A stretch of DNA of 64,000 nucleotides from a virus: positions 1-64,000 of IMG/VR virus record IMGVR_UViG_3300045450_000055; one strand, 5' to 3'. Both the position numbers and the translations under genes were made by a program. The notes under the pieces are model-generated. The model saw nothing but the letters and a program-made list of their open reading frames with translations. It was not told the DNA's origin and searched no databases. The stretch's first letter is position 1. Each line of letters begins with the position of its first letter. Below are positions 52,086-57,803 of the stretch, piece after piece.

Positions 52086-52160
52086 TGGTGGCAACGGGTG
52101 GGATCGAACCACCGACGCGGAGATTTTCAGCCTCCCGCTCTACCGCTGAGCTACGTCGCC
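52086..52160 (-). tRNA. tRNA-Phe(GAA)
   Basis: GGAGG-CTGAAAA-TCTCC; T-arm GGTGG-TTCGATC-CCACC; CCA encoded. Confidence 0.85.
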
Positions 52161-52162
52161 AT

Positions 52163-52238
52163 TGGTGCCCCGCTCAGGAGTCGAACCTGAAACCCTTCGC
52201 TTCGTAGGCGAGCGCTCGTCCAGTTGAGCTTCCGGGGC
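52163..52238 (-). tRNA. tRNA-Arg(ACG)
   Basis: loop CTACGAA; T-arm TCAGG-TTCGACT-CCTGA; CCA encoded; 7:66 G-G. Confidence 0.8.
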
Positions 52239-52243
52239 AAACT

Positions 52244-52281
52244 TGGTGGACCCTCTCGCTAGATACCAGCGGTGGAGGATC
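52244..52281 (-). other. 13-bp hairpin ending ..GGGTC-CACCA (tRNA-minihelix-like)
   Basis: GATCCTC..CGCTGG-tat-CTAGCG.GAGGGTC then CACCA; lies between tRNA-Glu and tRNA-Arg. Confidence 0.4.
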
Positions 52282-52290
52282 AATGTGAAC

Positions 52291-52367
52291 TGGTAGTGCG
52301 TACGGGATTTGAACCCGTGATCTCCTCCTTGAAAGGGAGGCGTCCTTGACCGCTAGACGAACGCACC
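52291..52367 (-). tRNA. tRNA-Glu(TTC)
   Basis: CCTCC-CTTTCAA-GGAGG; T-arm ACGGG-TTCAAAT-CCCGT; CCA encoded. Confidence 0.85.
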
Positions 52368-52390
52368 GTGCTGAAAGCACAAAATAAAAC

Positions 52391-52467
52391 TGGTAGCGCG
52401 TACGGGATTTGAACCCGTGATCTCCTCCTTGAGAGGGAGGTGTCCTTGACCGCTAGACGAACGCGCC
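52391..52467 (-). tRNA. tRNA-Glu(CTC)
   Basis: 100-bp-offset paralogue of 52291..52367; loop CCTCTCAA; compensatory acceptor change. Confidence 0.85.
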
Positions 52468-52468
52468 A

Positions 52469-52544
52469 TGGCGAGGAAGACGGGGCTCGAACCCGCGACA
52501 TCGGGATAGACAATCCCGCGCTCTACCAACTGAGCTACATCCCC
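52469..52544 (-). tRNA. tRNA-Asp(GTC)
   Basis: CGGGA-TTGTCTA-TCCCG (U at position 37); T-arm GCGGG-TTCGAGC-CCCGT; CCA encoded. Confidence 0.8.
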
Positions 52545-52551
52545 ATGGTGA

Positions 52552-52626
52552 TGGAGCGGGCGGTGGGGATCGAACCCACGCTGGGAGGGTGGAAGCCTCC
52601 TGCCTTGACCGCTTGGCTACGCCTGC
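52552..52626 (-). tRNA. tRNA-Gly(TCC)
   Basis: GGAGG-CTTCCAC-CCTCC; T-arm GTGGG-TTCGATC-CCCAC; CCA encoded. Confidence 0.85.
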
Positions 52627-52663
52627 ATCATCACCACCGGCTCAAAGCCGGGAACCATGTATT

Positions 52664-52739
52664 TGGTGGATCGGGTCGGTCTCGAACCGACAACCCTCGG
52701 ATTAAAAGCCCGCCGCTCTACCAATTGAGCTACCGATCC
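52664..52739 (-). tRNA. tRNA-Lys(TTT)
   Basis: loop CTTTTAA; perfect acceptor GGATCGG/CCGATCC; CCA encoded. Confidence 0.85.
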
Positions 52740-52760
52740 GTAGCCGAGAGAAGCGGACGC

Positions 52761-52790
52761 GAAAAACCCCACCGGCGTGGGCCGATGGGG
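52761..52790 (-). terminator. terminator-like hairpin inside tRNA array 1
   Basis: CCCCATCGGCCCACGCCGGTGGGG + TTTTTC on minus, between the two tRNA-Lys genes. Confidence 0.55.
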
Positions 52791-52811
52791 TGACAAAACT
52801 CGGTGCTGATT

Positions 52812-52887
52812 TGGAGGACGGACAGGGGCTTGAACCCTGCACCTTCGGAGTAAGAATCCGCTGCTCTACCTACTGAGCTATCCGTCC
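52812..52887 (-). tRNA. tRNA-Lys(CTT)
   Basis: loop TTCTTAC; perfect acceptor GGACGGA/TCCGTCC; CCA encoded; complementary leader/trailer. Confidence 0.85.
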
Positions 52888-53026
52888 GCTAAATCAGCAC
52901 CGGAAGCTCAGGCACGCCACCGGTTAGAGGGTAAACCCTCGTTCGCCTTCTCGGCGATCCCGTTTGCGATCGAACATCATGACTAACTCGAAATCCTTTT
53001 GACGCATGATTGCGTCTGTGAGGCGA

Positions 53027-53055
53027 CTTATACACAACCACATAGGCTGTGTCAA
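53027..53055 (-). promoter_or_regulatory. promoter of tRNA array 1
   Basis: TTGACA-N17-TATAAG. Confidence 0.65.
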
Positions 53056-53065
53056 CATAAAAATG

Positions 53066-53098
53066 AAAAAGCGGAGACTTTTTCAGTCTCCGCTTTTC
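53066..53098 (-). terminator. rho-independent terminator (bidirectional palindrome)
   Basis: AGCGGAGACT-ttttc-AGTCTCCGCT flanked by A5/T4. Confidence 0.8.
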
Positions 53099-53125
53099 AC
53101 ATTCGCTCGAAAATGTCAGTTCGTA

Positions 53126-53803
53126 TCAGACCATCGCGTATCCGCGGTGGCGGCGACGCATCCGGGACGCCGCGCCGACCATGGCGAAGCCGACCATCAT
53201 CATCGCCCACGTCGCCGGCTCGGGGACCGCGCCGATGGTCATGCTGTCGATCTCGAAGCCGTTGACCGTCGAGTTGAGGCGCACGCCCTTGACCGCCTGA
53301 TCGGCATCGGTGAAGGTGAAGGTAACCAGACGGTTCGTCAGATCGCTGGTCCAGTCACCGTTGGGGTCGGCCGGGGCGACCACCGCCGCGCCGGTGAACA
53401 GATCGCCGATCGCATATTCCGTCGCGCCGTCGAGGCCGAAGAACTGGAGGCTGTTGTGATGATCCGCGGAGCCCCAGAGGAAGGAAACCGTCGAGATGCC
53501 GGTGCCGATCACGTCGAAGAAGATCGAACCGATGCCCTCGCCGGGACCGTTGAAGGTGGGGCCGACCGAATAATAGCTGCCGGCGCTGCCGACCGGGACC
53601 GCGTGCTGGTTCTCGACGGAGGGCGGCGTCACGATCGCGCCACCGGTGTTGACCGGCGTCTTGCCGTCGAAGTCGTAGGTGATCGTGTCGGCATTGGTCG
53701 TCGAATAGTCGGTCGGGGCGGCGACGCTGGTGACGGTAACCGCGGCGCTGGCGACGGACGGGGTGGCGAGCAGCATGGCTGCCATCATCAAAATCTTGTT
53801 CAT
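53126..53803 (-). CDS. PEP-CTERM (PEPxxWA variant) sorting-domain secreted protein
   Basis: signal peptide MNKILMMAAMLLATPSVASA; C-terminus VPEPATWAMMMVGFAMVGAASRMRRR. Confidence 0.75.
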   Translation of the reverse strand: MNKILMMAAMLLATPSVASAAVTVTSVAAPTDYSTTNADTITYDFDGKTPVNTGGAIVTPPSVENQHAVPVGSAGSYYSVGPTFNGPGEGIGSIFFDVIGTGISTVSFLWGSADHHNSLQFFGLDGATEYAIGDLFTGAAVVAPADPNGDWTSDLTNRLVTFTFTDADQAVKGVRLNSTVNGFEIDSMTIGAVPEPATWAMMMVGFAMVGAASRMRRRHRGYAMV

Positions 53804-53886
53804 GGTGTCTCCTTCTCGTTCAGTGGTAAGACCTCGTTACGGGAACAAACCGATTCGCACAAGAAGGAGACATACTTAACCGGGTG

Positions 53887-54054
53887 TTAACTACGATTCT
53901 TGCGGACCAGACGTTCGAGACGGCTGATCTCAGGGGACAGCAAGCCGTTGGCAAGGCTCTCGACGTTGTTGAAGGTGCCATTGACCATGTGGGAGTAGAG
54001 ATGTCGAAGCTGCGCCAAGGCGAACTCGATGTTCATCCGATCTTCGTTATTCAT
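53887..54054 (-). CDS. hypothetical small protein (55 aa, below track cutoff)
   Basis: hand-translated MNNEDRMNIEFALAQLRHLYSHMVNGTF..; TAGATG junction. Confidence 0.5.
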   Translation of the reverse strand: MNNEDRMNIEFALAQLRHLYSHMVNGTFNNVESLANGLLSPEISRLERLVRKNRS

Positions 54055-54375
54055 CTACGCCATCCCCATTGCGTTTCGAATCTTTTGCTGAGCGGTAAGG
54101 GTGCCTTCACGCCGGCCGATCTCTCGCTCCTGCTTGCAGATGCGGAGCATGGTCACCACTCCCTCAACCGTCATGGTTCCGGGAATCGAGGTGAGACCGA
54201 TTCCGCCACGCTCCCGGCTGCGGAAGCCATTACGATACGAGATCAGGCTGTGCGGCCCGGTCTCCCTCTCGTAGGTCATGAGTTGCAAGGGCTCGCCCTC
54301 GTACTCGAAGTAGAATGTCCGGTAACCTTTACGGGCGTCCGGCACCTCCTCGAACGGTGTGGGGTCGTGGTTCAT
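54055..54375 (-). CDS. hypothetical protein
   Basis: internal ATG of track ORF 54055..54393; TAATG coupling. Confidence 0.6.
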   Translation of the reverse strand: MNHDPTPFEEVPDARKGYRTFYFEYEGEPLQLMTYERETGPHSLISYRNGFRSRERGGIGLTSIPGTMTVEGVVTMLRICKQEREIGRREGTLTAQQKIRNAMGMA

Positions 54376-54584
54376 TACTGGTCCTTCAACCACACCGACA
54401 CGACAGGGTAGACCATACCGATAGTATGCAGGCCCCAGTGTACGTCGTGTACGGTTCCACCGACCACTTCATTACCCTTCTCATCGCGGATGGTGATGCT
54501 CTCACCTATACGCGGGACGGCAATCATGTGGTCCTGCCACGACCGCTCGTGGGCATCGGTGATAATCACCATGGGCGGCATCAT
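54375..54584 (-). CDS. hypothetical protein
   Basis: track ORF. Confidence 0.6.
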   Translation of the reverse strand: MMPPMVIITDAHERSWQDHMIAVPRIGESITIRDEKGNEVVGGTVHDVHWGLHTIGMVYPVVSVWLKDQ

Positions 54585-54946
54585 TGTTGCTTCTCCATCA
54601 TCTCGCGGATCGCCGCGAGGTCAGCCTTGATCTGCTCTTGCTCGGCGTGGGTGAACGCATCACTATCCACGACCAGCTTGGCAGTGATGAGAGCGGTCAT
54701 CACAGGGAAGGCGAACCCCGGACCGAAGTGCATGAGGAAGAGGGCGATACACCTACCCACCCATGTGACAGGGTACATGTCGCCGTATCCCGTCGTGGTT
54801 GCTGTCGTGAAGGCCCACCACAAGCTGTCTGTGATGTTCTTGCCTTCGGCCAGATCGTAAGCGCCTGCTGCCACGATGACGATGACCGTATAGATCACCG
54901 CCACCGTGGCGAAGCTGCTGCCGACCAGTGTCAGCAGCCGACGCAT
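54581..54946 (-). CDS. minimal two-TM potassium channel (KcsA/Kcv-like pore)
   Basis: TM1 - pore helix - selectivity filter TATTTGYGD - TM2; 121 aa. Confidence 0.75.
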   Translation of the reverse strand: MRRLLTLVGSSFATVAVIYTVIVIVAAGAYDLAEGKNITDSLWWAFTTATTTGYGDMYPVTWVGRCIALFLMHFGPGFAFPVMTALITAKLVVDSDAFTHAEQEQIKADLAAIREMMEKQQ

Positions 54947-55092
54947 CAGTCGAAGGCCAGTTCAGCCAGACTGGACAGCATCTCGCCGACGAGTTCGAAG
55001 ATCACGGCGACGAGCTTGCCGATCGCGAACTTGATGGCGAGGTAGATGGCAACGATCGCTGTGAGGATCAGCGAAAGGAAAAGAACGGTCAT
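54946..55092 (-). CDS. 48-aa single-TM protein (below track cutoff)
   Basis: hand-translated MTVLFLSLILTAIVAIYLAIKF..; GGAGAC RBS; TGATG coupling to channel gene. Confidence 0.5.
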   Translation of the reverse strand: MTVLFLSLILTAIVAIYLAIKFAIGKLVAVIFELVGEMLSSLAELAFD

Positions 55093-55113
55093 GGCCGTCT
55101 CCAGTTCGAGGGA

Positions 55114-55689
55114 TTAACGACGACGGCTGCGGCTGCTGCTGTACGACCGGGTGGTCGTGGTCGTCGAGTACGAAGGACGCGAGTACGACGGACGGGTATA
55201 GGACGGTCGAGTGAAGCCGCTCGAACGACGCGTGGTCGTGGTCGTCGTGGTCTTGCGGCCGAACAGACCACCGTTGCGAGTGGTGGTCGTCACGACACGC
55301 GTGGTCGGCATGGACGTGATGGGCCGGCGATAGCGCACCGAGTACGGACGATAGTTGGGCCGGGTGACATAGCGATACGAGTTGTCGTAGCGTCCGATCG
55401 GCACGAAGCGGCCGTGGTAGCTGGGATCGCGCTGCATGTAGTAGCGAGGACCGCTCGGGGTCATCATCTTGGCGAGCATGTAGCCCGCCGCAGCGCCGCC
55501 CAGACCGCCGACCAGATACTTCGACACGTCACCACCGGCGTCGCGGAACTGGCTGCACTCCTGCGGGTTCTGCGCCTGCAAGCACTGGTCGTCCTGCTGA
55601 GCGAACTGGTCCTGCGGGACGGCATTGCTGCCGCAGCCGGCGGTGAACATCGAGACGGCCACGGCCGCGGCGATGATGAGCTTGTTCAT
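55114..55689 (-). CDS. lipoprotein with Thr-rich and RPSY repeats
   Basis: lipobox ..MFTAG-C; TRPSYTRPSYSRPSY and poly-T runs. Confidence 0.65.
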   Translation of the reverse strand: MNKLIIAAAVAVSMFTAGCGSNAVPQDQFAQQDDQCLQAQNPQECSQFRDAGGDVSKYLVGGLGGAAAGYMLAKMMTPSGPRYYMQRDPSYHGRFVPIGRYDNSYRYVTRPNYRPYSVRYRRPITSMPTTRVVTTTTRNGGLFGRKTTTTTTTRRSSGFTRPSYTRPSYSRPSYSTTTTTRSYSSSRSRRR

Positions 55690-55737
55690 GTAGTCTGTCT
55701 CCTGTTGTTGATTCGCTGTGAACTTCTGAGGCCCTGA

Positions 55738-55765
55738 CTGTTAGCGATTCTTTCCAGCGTGTCAA
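55738..55765 (-). promoter_or_regulatory. minus-strand promoter
   Basis: TTGACA-N16-TAACAG. Confidence 0.5.
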
Positions 55766-55777
55766 CAGGAATCAGAA

Positions 55778-55822
55778 AGGCCCGGAACTTTCTCGCATTT
55801 CGTGCAAGAGAGTTCCGGGCCT
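55778..55822 (-). terminator. terminator of tRNA array 2
   Basis: AGGCCCGGAACT..-loop-..AGTTCCGGGCCT long hairpin. Confidence 0.7.
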
Positions 55823-55830
55823 TGGCATGT

Positions 55831-55905
55831 TGGTTGTTCCGGGAGGATTTGAACCTCCGACCTACCGGTTATCAGCCGGGCGCTCTACCCCTGAGCTACG
55901 GAACA
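55831..55905 (-). tRNA. tRNA-Ile(GAT)
   Basis: loop CTGATAA; T-arm GGAGG-TTCAAAT-CCTCC; U1:A72; CCA encoded. Confidence 0.8.
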
Positions 55906-55910
55906 ACAAG

Positions 55911-55985
55911 TGGCTCGCACGGTAGGATTTGAACCTACATCTGACCGGTTAACAGCCGGACGCTTTACCATTAAGCTACGTGCAA
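55911..55985 (-). tRNA. tRNA-Asn(GTT)
   Basis: loop CTGTTAA; T-arm GTAGG-TTCAAAT-CCTAC; CCA encoded. Confidence 0.8.
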
Positions 55986-55994
55986 TCGACCGGC

Positions 55995-56069
55995 TGGTGG
56001 AGAAGGTGGGATTCGAACCCACGGCATCCTACTTGCAAGGCAGGCGCTCTACCCCTGAGCTACATCCCC
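55995..56069 (-). tRNA. tRNA-Ala(TGC)
   Basis: loop CTTGCAA; G3:U70 present; T-arm GTGGG-TTCGAAT-CCCAC; CCA encoded. Confidence 0.85.
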
Positions 56070-56084
56070 GTAGCCGGTTGAAAC

Positions 56085-56171
56085 TGGTAGTGACACCGCT
56101 GCTCATCGCTTCGAACCGGTACGCGAGTCGTCAACTCATCTGCCGGTCTAGGCGTCCACGTTGGTGTCACT
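56085..56171 (-). other. 87-nt tRNA-sized RNA with 9-bp terminal stem and ACCA tail, no canonical D/T arms
   Basis: AGTGACACC....GGTGTCACT-A-CCA; internal GACCGG/CCGGTT and GAGT/ACTC helices; sits in a tRNA slot of the array. Confidence 0.4.
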
Positions 56172-56221
56172 CTTACAGGGAGACTAACCCCTGCGTTTCA
56201 GGCGTTTCACCGCCCTCTATC

Positions 56222-56296
56222 TGGTGCCCCGAGAGGGACTCGAACCCCCGACCCTGCCGGTAGAAACGGCGCGCTCTATCACTGAGCTACCGGGGC
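56222..56296 (-). tRNA. tRNA-Arg(TCT)
   Basis: loop TTTCTAC; T-arm GGGGG-TTCGAGT-CCCTC; CCA encoded. Confidence 0.8.
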
Positions 56297-56302
56297 GGAG
56301 GA

Positions 56303-56377
56303 TGGTACGGGCTGACGGGATCGAACCGCCGGCCAGTCGCATGTAAAACGACCGCTCTACCGCTGAGCTAAGCCCGC
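56303..56377 (-). tRNA. tRNA-Val(TAC)
   Basis: GTCGT-TTTACAT-GCGAC; T-arm GGCGG-TTCGATC-CCGTC; CCA encoded. Confidence 0.85.
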
Positions 56378-56424
56378 ACACTAATCGCTTGGACCATCCG
56401 ACTTCACGGATACCGGGTCCTAAC

Positions 56425-56499
56425 TGGTGCCGGCTCTCGGGATTGAACCGAGGACCTACCGCTTACAAGGCGGTTGCTCTCCCGCTGAGCTAAGCCGGC
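56425..56499 (-). tRNA. tRNA-Thr(TGT)
   Basis: ACCGC-CTTGTAA-GCGGT; perfect acceptor GCCGGCT/AGCCGGC; CCA encoded. Confidence 0.9.
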
Positions 56500-56594
56500 G
56501 TATTCGCCCCAAACCTTTATCCCGCCAACCAATTCGTGACGGACCTCGCGCTTCGCAGCGGCGTAGGGGGGAGGAAGGGTTCTCCCATGGAAAC

Positions 56595-56672
56595 TGGTGC
56601 CAGATAGTTGGATTTGAACCAACGACCTTGAGGTTATGAGCCTCCTGCTCTACCAGACTGAGCTACACTGGC
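56595..56672 (-). tRNA. tRNA-Met(CAT), type undetermined, one extra nt in 3' acceptor strand
   Basis: loop CTCATAA; T-arm GTTGG-TTCAAAT-CCAAC; CCA encoded; no initiator hallmarks. Confidence 0.7.
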
Positions 56673-56689
56673 GTATTGAAATCACTGCT

Positions 56690-56766
56690 TGGTCAGGGCG
56701 GCGGGATTTGAACCCGCGACCTCACCCTTCCGAGGGGCACGCTCTACCGGACTGAGCCACACCCTG
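56690..56766 (-). tRNA. tRNA-Pro(CGG)
   Basis: C1:G72; loop CTCGGAA; T-arm GCGGG-TTCAAAT-CCCGC; CCA encoded; complementary leader/trailer. Confidence 0.85.
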
Positions 56767-56779
56767 ACAAAGCAGTGAA

Positions 56780-56855
56780 TGGTCTCGGTGACAGGTCTCG
56801 AACCTGCGGCCTCCTGCTCCCTAAGCAGGCGCTCTACCAACTGAGCTACACCAAG
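56780..56855 (-). tRNA. tRNA-Pro(AGG), unusual A34
   Basis: C1:G72; CCTGC-TTAGGGA-GCAGG; T-arm GCAGG-TTCGAGA-CCTGT; CCA encoded. Confidence 0.75.
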
Positions 56856-56856
56856 A

Positions 56857-56891
56857 CAAAGAAAAGGCCCCGGAACGAATGTTCTGAGGCC
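56857..56891 (-). terminator. terminator-like hairpin 2 nt upstream of the first tRNA of array 2
   Basis: GGCCTCAGAAC-attc-GTTCCGGGGCC + TTTTCTTTG on minus. Confidence 0.5.
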
Positions 56892-56924
56892 CAAAATCGT
56901 GGTGTGTCAGGTAGTGTAGCGGGC

Positions 56925-57020
56925 TTAGCCTACACTGCCTCCGTCATCGACACGCACCATCACAATCGCCGCGACGGCGGCGATCATTGGTGCGGGGTTG
57001 TTATTGATGACGGTTGTCAT
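56925..57020 (-). CDS. possible 31-aa leader peptide (or non-coding leader)
   Basis: hand-translated MTTVINNNPAPMIAAVAAIVMVRVDDGGSVG; weak RBS. Confidence 0.2.
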   Translation of the reverse strand: MTTVINNNPAPMIAAVAAIVMVRVDDGGSVG

Positions 57021-57053
57021 GGCGGAAACTACTTATCCTTGAATTGAAGCCGA

Positions 57054-57082
57054 ACTATAACCAACTACTTGCTGGTTGTCAA
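57054..57082 (-). promoter_or_regulatory. promoter of tRNA array 2
   Basis: TTGACA-N17-TATAGT. Confidence 0.7.
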
Positions 57083-57091
57083 GAAGAAAAT

Positions 57092-57570
57092 GAAGCCGGG
57101 AGGATTTGAACCTCCGTATGGACACTCAACGGACCCCTAGCGTCCTCGCATCCATTATTGCTTGGGTCACCGATAAACCGGGCTCCGGCACGGCTGCTGG
57201 TGAACCCTGAGGCTCACCCTTGACTACCGGACTTACGTCCGGGATCACCAACAATGAGGACAGCCAGAGGGGAGACAATGACTGCCCACATTGTGGGTGA
57301 AACGAATGTACCGGTTGTTTACCGGCTAGGAATCCCGGTCATCAGTCACCATTGCGACCTACATACCACCCAGACATTCTCGACGGGTTGAGATTACACC
57401 GTCTGCGATCCGTCGTTCGTGCGGATTATAGCAGCCTTGCGAGCCACCTTCCCGACTTATCCACCAAGCCCCTTGCGGTAGCCCGGTCCCAGATCAACGC
57501 CGCCTACTTTTCCCGGTTCTCACGGGGCCGCTGGCTGTTGCGGCGACACTACGGACCTTTCAGCAGCTTC
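57092..57570 (-). ncRNA. candidate ~480-nt structured RNA closed by a 7-bp end helix stacked on a canonical T-arm
   Basis: 5' GAAGCTG pairs 3' CGGCTTC; adjacent GGAGG-TTCAAAT-CCTCC; many internal hairpins (e.g. CCGGAC-gtaa-GTCCGG); no credible ORF; T-run follows. Confidence 0.4.
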
Positions 57571-57728
57571 CAATCCGCCGACGCTCTCACGCCGTTAAGG
57601 GTTTGCGGCCCAACGAACCTTCATCTACTAAACCCTCCTCGACTTGCGGTCTTAGCGGGCACCACGTTGAGACTAGCTCCGTGGCGTTAGGCGTTTTCAG
57701 TTCCGTAGTCGTGACAATCTTTGCGTTT

Positions 57729-57803
57729 TGGTTGCGACTACCGGGGTTGAACCGGCGATCTACAGATTAAGAGTCTGTTGCTTTACCACTAAGCTAAGTT
57801 GCC
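57729..57803 (-). tRNA. tRNA-Lys(CTT)-like with two acceptor mismatches (possible pseudo-tRNA)
   Basis: D-arm GCTT-AGTGGTA-AAGC; ACAGA-CTCTTAA-TCTGT; T-arm GCCGG-TTCAACC-CCGGT; G1-A72 and A4-C69; CCA encoded. Confidence 0.5.

Noticed and set aside
57092-57570. Calling this region RNase P RNA (rnpB)
   Set aside because: Only short colinear resemblances to E. coli M1 RNA, recalled from memory, were found: GAAGCUG, GUCGCCGC and CCCGGYUUAUCGGU. The universal GAGGAAAGUCCGGGC and AGGGUGAAA/GGUAAG blocks and the bulged U of P4 are missing. An 8-mer match (AGGCUGCU) also occurs out of order, which shows that chance matches happen here.
57092-57803. A tRNA gene split by a group I intron, with the T-arm and acceptor at 57092..57115 as the 3' exon
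   Set aside because: No matching D-arm or anticodon half could be found next to the 5' GAAGCTG. I could not identify P7/P3 or G-binding-site consensus elements by eye.
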